Of a stretch of DNA of 38,359 nt, positions 6,576 to 15,449 are shown piece by piece. The position numbers and the translations under genes are program-made. The stretch comes from a virus (lineage: Duplodnaviria; Caudoviricetes). How positions within the stretch are numbered: position 1 is the first letter of the stretch; each line of letters begins with the position of its first letter. A model generated the notes under the pieces. That model was not told the origin of the DNA, did no database searches, and was given only the letters and a program-made list of their open reading frames with translations. Where the stretch lies: positions 1-38,359 of the IMG/VR virus record IMGVR_UViG_3300037358_000195; one strand, 5' to 3'.

Positions 6576-8643
6576 GTCAGAAGGTCGATGCATCGACTCC
6601 ATACCGCCGGGCGAGTATATCAACGCCTGGCAGTGGGTCTGCGGGATCATCCGGGCGACGATGCGGGCGCGGCCGGTGCAGCGCATCTGGGAGTGGATCG
6701 ATGCCGGAAACGTGTCGATCCCGCTGATCGTCGGCAGCCCGAACCCGGGGCCGCTGAAGACTGACCGGTTCCCGATCTACCGCGGCCTTTACGACCTGGT
6801 GCAGCGGCCGGGCGTCCACTTCTTCACCTTCTGCTCGAGCGTCCGCACGGGTAAAACGCTACTATCCATTTGTATAGTGTTATGGTGGATAGGGGAGAAG
6901 TGCGGCGGTCCCGTGCTCTGGCTCGATCCGACGCGCAAGTCGGCGCTCAAATTCAGCCGGACGGAACTCGATCCCTTCATCCGGGAATGCGCGCCGGCAT
7001 GGGAGAAGGCGATTGTCAGCAAGACGACCTGGACCGCCCTGGAGAAATTCTTCCGCGGCTGCTTCCTTCGCCTGGTCGGCAGCGGAGCTGAGGCCGACTT
7101 ACACGGGTTCCAGGCTGAACTGGTGGTCCTCAACGAATCTGTGCGGCTGCGGGCGTCCATCGAGAAGGATGCGACCAGCGCGGATAAAGCGATCGCGCGT
7201 TCCAATCAATTCGAGCACACGCGGTTGATACTTCGGAATTCCACTCCGGAAAATGAACTCGATGATATCTGGACTAACTTCAAACTTGGCAGCCAACATT
7301 ACTGTTATCTTCCGTGCCCGCATTGCGGCCACCGCCAGCGCCTGACCTTCTGGAATGAGGAAAAGGAAGTTCCCTTTGATGAAAATGGAAAGTTACTTCC
7401 GCGCGGAGCGAAGAGGGCGGAGAAGACTGGCCGGATTAAGTTCGATCAATTTGCCATCTTCGAGGATCGCGAGATTGAGCCCGGCAAGATCGAGAAGATT
7501 AAAGTCGGCTACGACATGGAAGCCGTCGCCCAGGGCGCGACCTATGAATGCGCCAAATGCGAGAAGGATATCGACCGCAGCGACTTGAACGGAATGCTGG
7601 CGGCCGCGCAGACGGCGGACGATTGGTGGCCACACAACCCCGGCGCTCCAAAGGATCACGTCTCCGCGCATCTCAGCGCGCTCTATTCCGTCTTCCAAAG
7701 CTGGGGCGCGGCCGCGAAGGAGTTCCTGCTCGCCAAGGGCAACGCGGCAAGGATGCGGAAGTTCCACAACCTCACCTTGGGACTTCCGTTCATCCGCCAC
7801 GCGACGACGATCAAGGAAGACGATATCGACCGCGCGGCGAAACGCTGCCCGAGGCCATACCTGCGGGGGCAGCTCCCGCTAAAGCCGGAAATTCTTTCGA
7901 TGACGGTCGACGTCGGCGGCATGGTCAGCGGAAACTTCTGGTGGTCGATCCGGGCCTGGGGAGTGCTTTGGGACCATCCGGAGCAACCCACCTGGTCGGC
8001 GCTCATTGATTGGGGCCCTGCGGTTTCATGGGAACAGATCGAGGAGATGGCGGGACTCAAGCCCCTGCCGGTTGGCGGCACGGCGCAAAGCATCCGCGAC
8101 CTGGGTAGGGAGCGTTACAATGAATACTCCTGGCGCGATCCCGGTACCGGCGAGATCACGAAGTTCCGCGTTACCTGTGGCCTGGTCGATTCGGGGTACG
8201 AGGCGAAAGAGGACAAGAATGTTTACGAATTCGTGATGAAGCACAGCCACGTCTTCAGCGCGAGCAAGGGCGGTGGCCAGCAACATCTTCGCGGCAATAC
8301 GATCCGCGTAACTCAGGTCGATTATCGCGACGATAAGCTCGATCTTGTTTGGTATTGGGACGACTGGTTCAAGCAGGGCCTTTTTTACCACGCGGTCAAG
8401 GAGGGGAAGGTCCTCTGGTTCATCCCGTCCAACACGGATGAGGATTACAAGAACCACATGACAGCCGAACGGACCGAGGAGAAAAATGGTAAGCTGGAAT
8501 GGGTAAGGAGCGGCCCGAACCATCTGGCGGACACGGAGAAGGAACACGAGGTCCTCCGGGATTCCATCGAGGAGCAACTCGATGAGATCCGCGCGTGGGT
8601 GGCCGCCCAGGAAGAGGAGGCCGAGGCCAAGAAGACGCATTGA
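6547..8643 (+). CDS. terL: Terminase large subunit, lambda gpA family (start uncertain)
   Basis: Walker A SVRTGKT, Walker B-like VVLNE, coupling motif NSTP, CPHC...CAKC zinc pair, nuclease acidic motifs TVDVG, VDSG and NHLAD. Confidence 0.92.
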   Translation: MFLPSSEESKSEGRCIDSIPPGEYINAWQWVCGIIRATMRARPVQRIWEWIDAGNVSIPLIVGSPNPGPLKTDRFPIYRGLYDLVQRPGVHFFTFCSSVRTGKTLLSICIVLWWIGEKCGGPVLWLDPTRKSALKFSRTELDPFIRECAPAWEKAIVSKTTWTALEKFFRGCFLRLVGSGAEADLHGFQAELVVLNESVRLRASIEKDATSADKAIARSNQFEHTRLILRNSTPENELDDIWTNFKLGSQHYCYLPCPHCGHRQRLTFWNEEKEVPFDENGKLLPRGAKRAEKTGRIKFDQFAIFEDREIEPGKIEKIKVGYDMEAVAQGATYECAKCEKDIDRSDLNGMLAAAQTADDWWPHNPGAPKDHVSAHLSALYSVFQSWGAAAKEFLLAKGNAARMRKFHNLTLGLPFIRHATTIKEDDIDRAAKRCPRPYLRGQLPLKPEILSMTVDVGGMVSGNFWWSIRAWGVLWDHPEQPTWSALIDWGPAVSWEQIEEMAGLKPLPVGGTAQSIRDLGRERYNEYSWRDPGTGEITKFRVTCGLVDSGYEAKEDKNVYEFVMKHSHVFSASKGGGQQHLRGNTIRVTQVDYRDDKLDLVWYWDDWFKQGLFYHAVKEGKVLWFIPSNTDEDYKNHMTAERTEEKNGKLEWVRSGPNHLADTEKEHEVLRDSIEEQLDEIRAWVAAQEEEAEAKKTH
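6584..6597. repeat. 14-bp perfect palindrome GTCGATGCATCGAC, copy 1
   Basis: Identical copy at 10706-10719. Confidence 0.85.
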
Positions 8644-8672
8644 CAGGCGGACGCCTCTCGGTTTGGCGACCG

Positions 8673-8715
8673 CGCCGGCGTGCCTCTTTCGAGCGACACG
8701 CCGGCGTCTTTTTTT
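8673..8715 (+). terminator. Rho-independent terminator after terL
   Basis: Stem CGCCGGCGTG / CACGCCGGCG followed by TCTTTTTTT. Confidence 0.8.
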
Positions 8716-8735
8716 GACAGGGGGCCGCGCAAGCG

Positions 8736-9020
8736 ATGACCGCGCCTCAACTCACCGACTATCTCATCGCGGAAATCCTGGCTGCGGACGGTGACACGAC
8801 CTGGGTGCAGGGACTGCTGACGGCGGCCAAGGCGAAGATCGCGAGCGGCTCGGGCGAGATCGCGCCAATAACGAGCGGCAGCCTGGGGGGGAAGAATTTC
8901 TCCCGGGAGCTGCGGATGGACCCTGTGACTTTCGCGGCCTGCTGCCGTGAAGCGCTCGATTTCGTGGCTCACAAGTCCGTCTCCTGCACCCGGCTGGATT
9001 TCTCCCGCATCTCGGACTAG
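8736..9020 (+). CDS. Head completion / head-tail joining protein (gpW position)
   Basis: 94-aa ORF between terL and portal; ITSGSLGGKNFS beta-hairpin. Confidence 0.65.
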   Translation: MTAPQLTDYLIAEILAADGDTTWVQGLLTAAKAKIASGSGEIAPITSGSLGGKNFSRELRMDPVTFAACCREALDFVAHKSVSCTRLDFSRISD

Positions 9021-9023
9021 CCC

Positions 9024-10625
9024 ATGTTTTTCAATTCGTTCCTTCGGTATTGGGAGACGATCCGCCCTTCGCACGATCGTACGCAGATTTATTACATGCT
9101 GCCGTATGACTCGAAGCAGTACCTCAATCACTTTACCCGCCGTGAAATTACACGGCGCGTTGAATGGCTTGCGCAGCAATTCGGCTTCGTAAAGGACGCG
9201 CCCCGGGCAATTGCCAGGCACGCCGTAGGGAAGGGCGTTTATCTCCAGCTCAATACGAAGAACCGGAAGTGGAACCGGCTGGCGGCTGCCGATTTCGAGA
9301 AGTACTCGCTCACGCCGGCGCGGATTGATATCGCCGGGCGCCGCAATTTCTACGACATGCAGTTTTCGGCGGTGGAGCAGCATTACTTCCGCGGGGAGTT
9401 CTTTGCGAGCGCAGCGCGAAACCCGCGCTGGGACGGCGAACCGTGCTGGCAGCTTTGGGATACGATGGAAGTGCTCACGCCGTCCACCATGGAGGACGGT
9501 AAGGACGCATTCGATGGCGTGCAGCTCGATCAGTTCAACAATCCCACCGGCTATTACGTGCGGACCAATAATGATCGCGGCTGGGAGCTGATCGACGCGG
9601 CCAACATGGTCCACTGGTACCGGGCGACGGCCATCAATCAAATCCGCGGGGAGAGCGCATTCGCCCCGGTGATCAATCGCCTGGTGGACTGGCACGACCT
9701 GGAGAACCTCGTCTTCCAGCACGCGAAGACCCACTCCACGCTCGCGATTGCTGTCAAAAAACTGGCGAAAGTCGGCGGGAAAGGCGCATTCAGCGCAATC
9801 AAGAAGGCAGGCCCGCACGGGATGCAGCAAGAGCGGCGGCAAAATCCCGACGTCGATATGAGCGGCCTGGAGAAGGCTTTCCCTGGAGCCATCGCATACC
9901 TTGGGCAGGAGGGAGAGGTCCAGCTCGTTACCGGCAACAGCCCGAACGAGAAGCTCGCGCCGTTCATCTCGAACCAGATTGCCCCGAATGTCTTTGCCAG
10001 CCTGGGGCTGCATGCGGAGTTCCTCTGGAACCCCAAGGACCTGAGCGGCGCGAATCAGCGGTTCATTCTTGCGTGCGCCGATCTGCTCTTCGGCATCACG
10101 TTCGACGGCGTGGCCACGCGCTTCAATGATCCGGTCGCCTATCGTTACCTCCAGCACCGGATCGAGACGAAGAAGCTCCCGGAGCCGGATGATGCTACCT
10201 GGGCGGATACCATGTCCTGGCAGCAGCCGGGCCGCGTTACGGTCGATAACGGCCGGGACGGCCTCCTGGAAATATCGCAGCTCGCCAACGGGACGCGGAA
10301 TCTCCGCGCGATCTATGACAAGATCGGGAAGGACTGGCGCCCGGAGACGCGGCAGTGGATCCGCGAGTGGATCGAGTTCGAGGAAATGGCCGAGGAGGAA
10401 GGCGCGACGCCTGAACAGGTCGAGCGGCTGTTGAACCGCTGGCGTGCCGGCATGCCTGGCGCCGGCGCTGGAGCCCCGACGGCCGCGCCCGGGCCTGCCC
10501 CGGATGACCTGGCCAATGACGAGCCGGGCAAGAAGCCGAAGCCGGGCGAGGAGGAGGACGATGATCCCGACGGTGACGACAAACCAGACCCCAAGGACGC
10601 CGGCAAAGAGAGGAAGAAGAAATGA
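9024..10625 (+). CDS. Portal protein, lambda family
   Basis: Motifs GEFF, DGVQLDQFNNPTGYYV and QIRGESAFAPVI; position after the terminase. Confidence 0.92.
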   Translation: MFFNSFLRYWETIRPSHDRTQIYYMLPYDSKQYLNHFTRREITRRVEWLAQQFGFVKDAPRAIARHAVGKGVYLQLNTKNRKWNRLAAADFEKYSLTPARIDIAGRRNFYDMQFSAVEQHYFRGEFFASAARNPRWDGEPCWQLWDTMEVLTPSTMEDGKDAFDGVQLDQFNNPTGYYVRTNNDRGWELIDAANMVHWYRATAINQIRGESAFAPVINRLVDWHDLENLVFQHAKTHSTLAIAVKKLAKVGGKGAFSAIKKAGPHGMQQERRQNPDVDMSGLEKAFPGAIAYLGQEGEVQLVTGNSPNEKLAPFISNQIAPNVFASLGLHAEFLWNPKDLSGANQRFILACADLLFGITFDGVATRFNDPVAYRYLQHRIETKKLPEPDDATWADTMSWQQPGRVTVDNGRDGLLEISQLANGTRNLRAIYDKIGKDWRPETRQWIREWIEFEEMAEEEGATPEQVERLLNRWRAGMPGAGAGAPTAAPGPAPDDLANDEPGKKPKPGEEEDDDPDGDDKPDPKDAGKERKKK

Positions 10626-10654
10626 CGTTTCGTAAATGCCACGGAATCAGGCAG

Positions 10655-10678
10655 GCCACCGCTCACGTGAGCGGTGGC
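10655..10678. repeat. 24-bp perfect palindrome GCCACCGCTCACGTGAGCGGTGGC (hairpin; REP-like or processing site)
   Basis: Self-complementary sequence in the portal-protease intergenic region; no U-tract. Confidence 0.75.
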
Positions 10679-10705
10679 TGCGTTGATTTTGAGGCGCTTA
10701 GAGAA

Positions 10706-10719
10706 GTCGATGCATCGAC
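10706..10719. repeat. 14-bp perfect palindrome GTCGATGCATCGAC, copy 2
   Basis: Ends 9 nt before ATG 10729; identical to 6584-6597. Confidence 0.85.
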
Positions 10720-10728
10720 GCCATCGTT

Positions 10729-11571
10729 ATGAGAATCCCCGAATTTTTGCTCAGCGAGCCCGTCGGCGTTTATGCCCCGGCGCTGGCGGCGTGGCTGCTC
10801 AGGCGTGAGCGCCTCGATGAGCGGATGAACCTGCCGGTGACCGAGGGGCAGCTCTCGATCTCCGACTTCGTCAACGCGCGCCGGCCGTACCAGGTCTCCG
10901 ACCAGGGCATCGCGGTTATTCACGCGAACGAGGTTCTGAGCAGGACTGCGACGAACGTGGACAAGCTCCTTGGCGACACCCATTACAACGATCTCATAAC
11001 GGAGCTTTCGCAGGCCGTGGACGATGACCAGGTGCGCGGGATCCTGCTCGATATCTCCAGCCCGGGCGGATCGGCGGTTGGCGCGCCGGAGGCGGCGCAG
11101 GCCGTCCAGGATGCCGCCCAGGAGAAGCCAGTGGTTGCCTACGTCGAGACTGTGGGCGCGAGCGCGGCCTATTACTTCGCCGCGGCGAGCAATGCCATCG
11201 TGGCGTCGCCCAGCGCGATCGTCGGCTCGATCGGGACGATTTCCATGTTCCCGGATATCTCTGCGATGCTCGAAAGATTTGGCGTTAAATTCAACATCAT
11301 CACGCCCGAGCAGTCGGACCTGAAGGCGACCGGGAATCCGTTTCGGGCGATGACCGATGCCGAGAAGGAATTCCTGCAAAGCCGCGCGGAATCGCTGAAC
11401 GCAGCTTTCACGAGCTGGGTGCAGTCTCACCGTCCGATGGTCGATGACGGAACCATGCGAGGCCAATGGTTTTCGGGATCGCAGGCAATAGCCAACGGCA
11501 TCGTGGACCAGGTGGGGAATCGCACCGATGCGTTCGCGGCCCTCGAGGCGCTGATCGCCTACTCGTTTTGA
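10729..11571 (+). CDS. Prohead protease, S49 (SppA/lambda gpC-like) family
   Basis: LDISSPGGS, GASAAYY and VGSIG motifs. Confidence 0.92.
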   Translation: MRIPEFLLSEPVGVYAPALAAWLLRRERLDERMNLPVTEGQLSISDFVNARRPYQVSDQGIAVIHANEVLSRTATNVDKLLGDTHYNDLITELSQAVDDDQVRGILLDISSPGGSAVGAPEAAQAVQDAAQEKPVVAYVETVGASAAYYFAAASNAIVASPSAIVGSIGTISMFPDISAMLERFGVKFNIITPEQSDLKATGNPFRAMTDAEKEFLQSRAESLNAAFTSWVQSHRPMVDDGTMRGQWFSGSQAIANGIVDQVGNRTDAFAALEALIAYSF

Positions 11572-11589
11572 CAATTTGCGCGTGACGTT

Positions 11590-12120
11590 ATGCTCTGTAA
11601 AACCCGTTTCCTTTCGTCCCTCTACTTCATGGCCGACAAAGCCGCAGGCGGAGGCGGCGATAAACCGGCAACCGTGCCCGAGCTGACGCAGCGCGTCGCG
11701 GACCTCGAAGCCGAGAGGAATACGCTCCAGACGAAGCTGACCGCGGCGGAAGGTCAGGTCACGGCGCTCCAGGGTGAGAAGGCCACGCTCCAGACGAAGC
11801 TGACCGCGGCGGAGGGTCAGGTCACGGCGCTCCAGGGTGAGAAGGCCACGCTCCAGACGAAGCTGACCGACGCTGAGGGCCAGGTCACGACGCTCAAGGC
11901 GACCCAGAAATCCGCCGAACAGATTGCTCGCGAGGATAGTGCGCGTCATGGCGCTGCGCCGTCGGCGAAGACCCCTCCAGAAGCCCAGGCCGGCGGCGAC
12001 GCCGCCTCGTGGGACGAATATCTCAAGGCTGACGCGGTCACCCAGGCCACGATGCGCAAGGAGAAGGGCGCCGAACTTCAGAAGGCCGCGAAGGCGTGGG
12101 ACGCCGCACAGAAGAAGTAA
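11590..12120 (+). CDS. Scaffold-like coiled-coil protein (alternative start ATG 11629)
   Basis: Between protease and capsid; 21-aa heptad repeats TLQTKLTAAEGQVTALQGEKA. Confidence 0.75.
   Translation: MLCKTRFLSSLYFMADKAAGGGGDKPATVPELTQRVADLEAERNTLQTKLTAAEGQVTALQGEKATLQTKLTAAEGQVTALQGEKATLQTKLTDAEGQVTTLKATQKSAEQIAREDSARHGAAPSAKTPPEAQAGGDAASWDEYLKADAVTQATMRKEKGAELQKAAKAWDAAQKK
11722..11895 (+). repeat. 63-bp tandem repeat, about 2.7 copies
   Basis: Units start at 11722, 11785 and 11848 with ACGCTCCAGACGAAGCTGACC. Confidence 0.95.
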
Positions 12121-12154
12121 CCAATTCGCCACTTACACGCCGACTTACTAATTT

Positions 12155-13192
12155 ATGAACATCCTCAAATCTCTCGCGGTCCGCGCCGCGAACATCGCGT
12201 TCCTTCTGGTTGCCGGCATGGGCTGCGTCTTCCTGAACGCGGTAACCGAGCTGACTGGCTTTCAGCTTTGCCTCGGCGTGCTGAGCGCCGACGCCAGTTT
12301 GAAGCTGGATAAGATTCTCGATCTTATCCTTGTCCAGTTTAAGCGCCGGCTGGCGCCGATCACGATGTTCAGCCACGTCTTTCAGGCAGCGATGATTTCA
12401 CGCGACCGCGTGTTGCGGGTGCCTTACGTGCCGCTGGAGACCAGCGCCTCCCAGGATTGGGATCCGAATACCGGCTATTCCACCGGCGATTTCAACGTCG
12501 AGGAAATCCCGATCCCCATCACGGCGCGCAAATACCAGGCTCTCTCCTTTACCGCGACCGATCTGCTCGGCATCCCGGTCGAGTCGCTCGCCGCCGCCAT
12601 GGTCCAGAAGGCGGACAAGCTCGCAGCCGATGTCACCGCGGACATCATCAGCGTCGTCACCGCCGCCAACTACGGCGCCGCGATCGCGGATTCCACCGCC
12701 GATGCTTTCGACACGGATAGCATCGCCGATATCGGAACCGCTCTCAGCGAGGCCAACTGGCCGACCGTGGGCCGCTTCATGGTCCTGGATTCCAGTTTCT
12801 GCGGCAATCTCCGGAAGGACCCGGCTCTCAAGTTCGCCTACGCTTCCGGCAGCACAGCCACTCTGCGCGAGGGAATGATCGGCAATGTCTCGGGCTTCGA
12901 GACGGCGGAAACGCCCAACTTCCCGGCCAACGGCGAGAACCTCCGCGGCATCACCGCGACTCCCTTCGGGATCCTGATCGCCAACGCGCCCATCGAGCCG
13001 ACCGAGGAGGTCCGCAGCGTGCTGGCCGATTACCGGACCGTGACCGATCCGCAGACCGGCCTGACGCTGACTTATCGTGCCTGGGGCTCCCAGGACTTCG
13101 ATCTGTCCAAGCGGATCATCGAGTTCTCCTACGGGTACGCGAAGGGCGATCCGCTCCAGCTCAAGCGCATCACCGATTCCAGCGACGAGTAA
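12155..13192 (+). CDS. Major capsid protein (HK97 fold, P22-coat-like) with a hydrophobic N-terminal extension
   Basis: Position and size; LSEANWPTVGRFMVLD, LREGMIGNVSGF, DPQTGLTL and YGYAKG patterns. Confidence 0.85.
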   Translation: MNILKSLAVRAANIAFLLVAGMGCVFLNAVTELTGFQLCLGVLSADASLKLDKILDLILVQFKRRLAPITMFSHVFQAAMISRDRVLRVPYVPLETSASQDWDPNTGYSTGDFNVEEIPIPITARKYQALSFTATDLLGIPVESLAAAMVQKADKLAADVTADIISVVTAANYGAAIADSTADAFDTDSIADIGTALSEANWPTVGRFMVLDSSFCGNLRKDPALKFAYASGSTATLREGMIGNVSGFETAETPNFPANGENLRGITATPFGILIANAPIEPTEEVRSVLADYRTVTDPQTGLTLTYRAWGSQDFDLSKRIIEFSYGYAKGDPLQLKRITDSSDE

Positions 13193-13210
13193 ACCGCCGA
13201 TACTGTACAA

Positions 13211-14533
13211 ATGTTCACTCAAGTCAGAGAGACCGGCGCGGGCATTCAGTTCGGAACCAATCCGAACCAGGGCGTCGGGTTCCACGGCGCCGGCCCGACA
13301 CCGCAACGCGCCGGATCGGTCCAGGCGGCGGTCCCGCAGCTCACCGCGGCCTCGGGCGTTTTGACCTTCAGCGAAAAACCGTCCAACGGCGATACGGTCA
13401 CCATCGGGGCGACCACCTACACGTTCAAGACGACTCTGACCGGCGCGGCCAATGAAGTGTTGATCGGGGCGAACGCAGGCGCGGCCATCGCGAATCTTTG
13501 CAGCGCCATCGGCGCCGGCGCCGGTGCCGGCAGCACTTACGGCACGGGCACCGTTGCCAACGCGAGTGTCACCGCCGCGGCCTCCGGAACCGGCGTAGCC
13601 TTGACGGCCATCACGCCTGGCAGCGCGGGCAACGCCATCGCGACCACCAGCACCGGCACGATAGCCAGCTTCGGCGCCGCAACGCTCGCGGGCGGGACGG
13701 ACCTCACCGCATCGAGCGGCACCCTGACCTTCACCGGCAATCCGCTGAACGGCGAGACCGTTACAATCGGCGCGGTGACTTATGTCTTCCGGGCGGTGCT
13801 CATAGACTCGCCGACGGTCGAGAATGAAGTGGTGATCGCCGGGACGCTCGCGGAAACCATCGACAACCTTTGCGCGGCGATCGGCTCCGGAAGCGGCGCC
13901 GGCACGGCCTATAGCGGGACCGCCCCCGCGAACCTGGCTGTTTCAGCAGTCGCGGGTTCGACCACTGTCACGCTGACGGCGGCGACCGCCGGCAGCGCGG
14001 GCAATGCGATCTCGACCACGGAGACGAGCACCATGGCGAGCTTCGGAGCCGCCACCCTCACCGGGGGAACCGATCTTGCGGCCGCCGCTGGCGCTCTGAC
14101 CCTTGCCGGGAACGTGGCGAACAACGACACGGTGACCGTCGGCGCGACCACCTACACCTTCAAGACCGCCTTGAGCACAGGGCCGACCGTTGCGAACCAG
14201 GTTTTGATCGGAGCCAATCTCGCGGCCTCGATCGCGAATCTTTGCATTGCGGTCAACGGCGGCTCGGGGATCGGGACAGACTACTCGACCGGGACGGCCG
14301 CGAATGCGAGCGCGACGGCAGCCGGCGCGGGGACCACCGTGACGGTGACAGCGATGACGGCAGGGACCGGCGGCAACGCGGTGGCCACGACGACCACCAG
14401 TGCCGTTGCGAGCTTTGGCGCGACCACCCTCCTTGGAGGCGTGAATGCGGCGACCATCGCGCAGCTCACCGCCCTGGTGAACGAATTGCAGGCCGCGCTG
14501 GTCCAGAAGGGCCTGATCAAAGGCTCGGCATGA
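13211..14533 (+). CDS. Head fibre / decoration protein with three internal repeats of about 120 aa
   Basis: N-terminal GFHGAGPTPQRA and C-terminal LVNELQAALVQKGLIKGSA flank three copies of NGDTVTIGAxTYTF...IANLCxAI...AGNAIxTT...ASFGAxTLxGG. Confidence 0.7.
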   Translation: MFTQVRETGAGIQFGTNPNQGVGFHGAGPTPQRAGSVQAAVPQLTAASGVLTFSEKPSNGDTVTIGATTYTFKTTLTGAANEVLIGANAGAAIANLCSAIGAGAGAGSTYGTGTVANASVTAAASGTGVALTAITPGSAGNAIATTSTGTIASFGAATLAGGTDLTASSGTLTFTGNPLNGETVTIGAVTYVFRAVLIDSPTVENEVVIAGTLAETIDNLCAAIGSGSGAGTAYSGTAPANLAVSAVAGSTTVTLTAATAGSAGNAISTTETSTMASFGAATLTGGTDLAAAAGALTLAGNVANNDTVTVGATTYTFKTALSTGPTVANQVLIGANLAASIANLCIAVNGGSGIGTDYSTGTAANASATAAGAGTTVTVTAMTAGTGGNAVATTTTSAVASFGATTLLGGVNAATIAQLTALVNELQAALVQKGLIKGSA

Positions 14534-14802
14534 GGACCGCAATCACGCTCGGTTATCCGCACGAGGGCGGCACGCCGGTCCTAGTGGCGGGGCCGGAGGT
14601 TCCGATCCGGAAGCAGCGCGACGCGCTGAAGGAGGTCATCCGCCGCGGCAAGTTCCACCCGGGGTTCCATACTCTCGAAATTTGGGAGAGCGATTCTGGG
14701 TGCGTAAAGTATATACGCCGGCTGCCGAAAGCGGAGAAGGAAGAGCCCGCGAGGCCTCCGAAAAAGCCGAGGGCCGAAAAGCCAAAGGTCAAATCGACCT
14801 GA
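14530..14802 (+). CDS. Hypothetical basic protein, 90 aa
   Basis: ATG 14530 overlaps the upstream stop (ATGA): MRTAITLGYPHEGG... Confidence 0.7.
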   Translation: MRTAITLGYPHEGGTPVLVAGPEVPIRKQRDALKEVIRRGKFHPGFHTLEIWESDSGCVKYIRRLPKAEKEEPARPPKKPRAEKPKVKST

Positions 14803-14825
14803 TTACTTTGTTGTTTGGGGGTTAG

Positions 14826-14868
14826 CGCCCCGCGCGGATGGGGGATTCGCGCGGGGCGTCTCTTTTTT
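14826..14868 (+). terminator. Rho-independent terminator ending the capsid transcript
   Basis: Stem CGCCCCGCGCG / CGCGCGGGGCG followed by TCTCTTTTTT. Confidence 0.85.
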
Positions 14869-14897
14869 GAGGCCGCACCCCATCCTCATGCAGGATG

Positions 14898-14951
14898 CGC
14901 CTCCGGCGGTTGATTTATGGCCTTGGCTGCCGCCGCGGCGGGGCATTGACA
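14898..14951 (+). promoter_or_regulatory. Repeated intergenic element, copy A (ends in TTGACA)
   Basis: CGCCTCCGGCGGTTGATTTATG identical to 24502-24523; shared CGGCGGGGCRTTGACA end. Confidence 0.75.
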
Positions 14952-14964
14952 GGGCAGGGGAATC

Positions 14965-15435
14965 ATGGAAACTGCCGAACCTTCCGCCCTGGTCTCCACC
15001 ATTCTCGATCTCGACGCGGAGATCGCGGCGCTCCAGGAGAAGCGCAAAGTGGCCGCGGACGCGCTGATCGCCCTGGGCGAAGGCGAGTACCTCGATGAAA
15101 CGGGCGAGCGCCGGCTCCTGGTGATCGTGCCTTCGGCGCCGAAACCGACCTTCGAGCTTTATCCAAAGAAAGCGCTCGAGGATTTTTGCGAGAAGGCCGG
15201 GGTGAAGAAGGCGACGAATGAACAGGTTGCCGCGTTCTTCGAAGCCCGCGAGGCCCGCGCCCGCAAGCTTTCCGGGATCGCGTTCGGGGAACTCTTCAAT
15301 CGCCTGGTCACTTACTCCCCGGTCAAAGGGTTCGCGGACATCGTGCCGAAGCTGCTTACGCCCGCGAAGGCGCGAAACCTTCTCGACTTCTGCCGCGTCC
15401 AGGGAGAGGCCGCCAAAGCCCACATCAAGAAGTAG
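14965..15435 (+). CDS. Hypothetical protein, 156 aa
   Basis: ATG ORF with an N-terminal coiled coil. Confidence 0.75.
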   Translation: METAEPSALVSTILDLDAEIAALQEKRKVAADALIALGEGEYLDETGERRLLVIVPSAPKPTFELYPKKALEDFCEKAGVKKATNEQVAAFFEAREARARKLSGIAFGELFNRLVTYSPVKGFADIVPKLLTPAKARNLLDFCRVQGEAAKAHIKK

Positions 15436-15449
15436 ATGGATCTACGCCA

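Noticed and set aside
8445-10157. 570-aa minus-strand ORF
   Set aside because: Antisense shadow of the portal/terL genes, expected from GC-rich codon bias
11722-11895. Possible CRISPR array
   Set aside because: Contiguous in-frame coding repeats with no unique spacers and no cas genes
10663-12132. 489-aa minus-strand ORF with repeats
   Set aside because: Shadow of the protease and scaffold genes; its repeats mirror the 63-bp unit
13211-14533. Contractile tail sheath
   Set aside because: Lacks the sheath C-terminal domains, sits directly after the capsid gene, and no baseplate J/wedge genes were recognised
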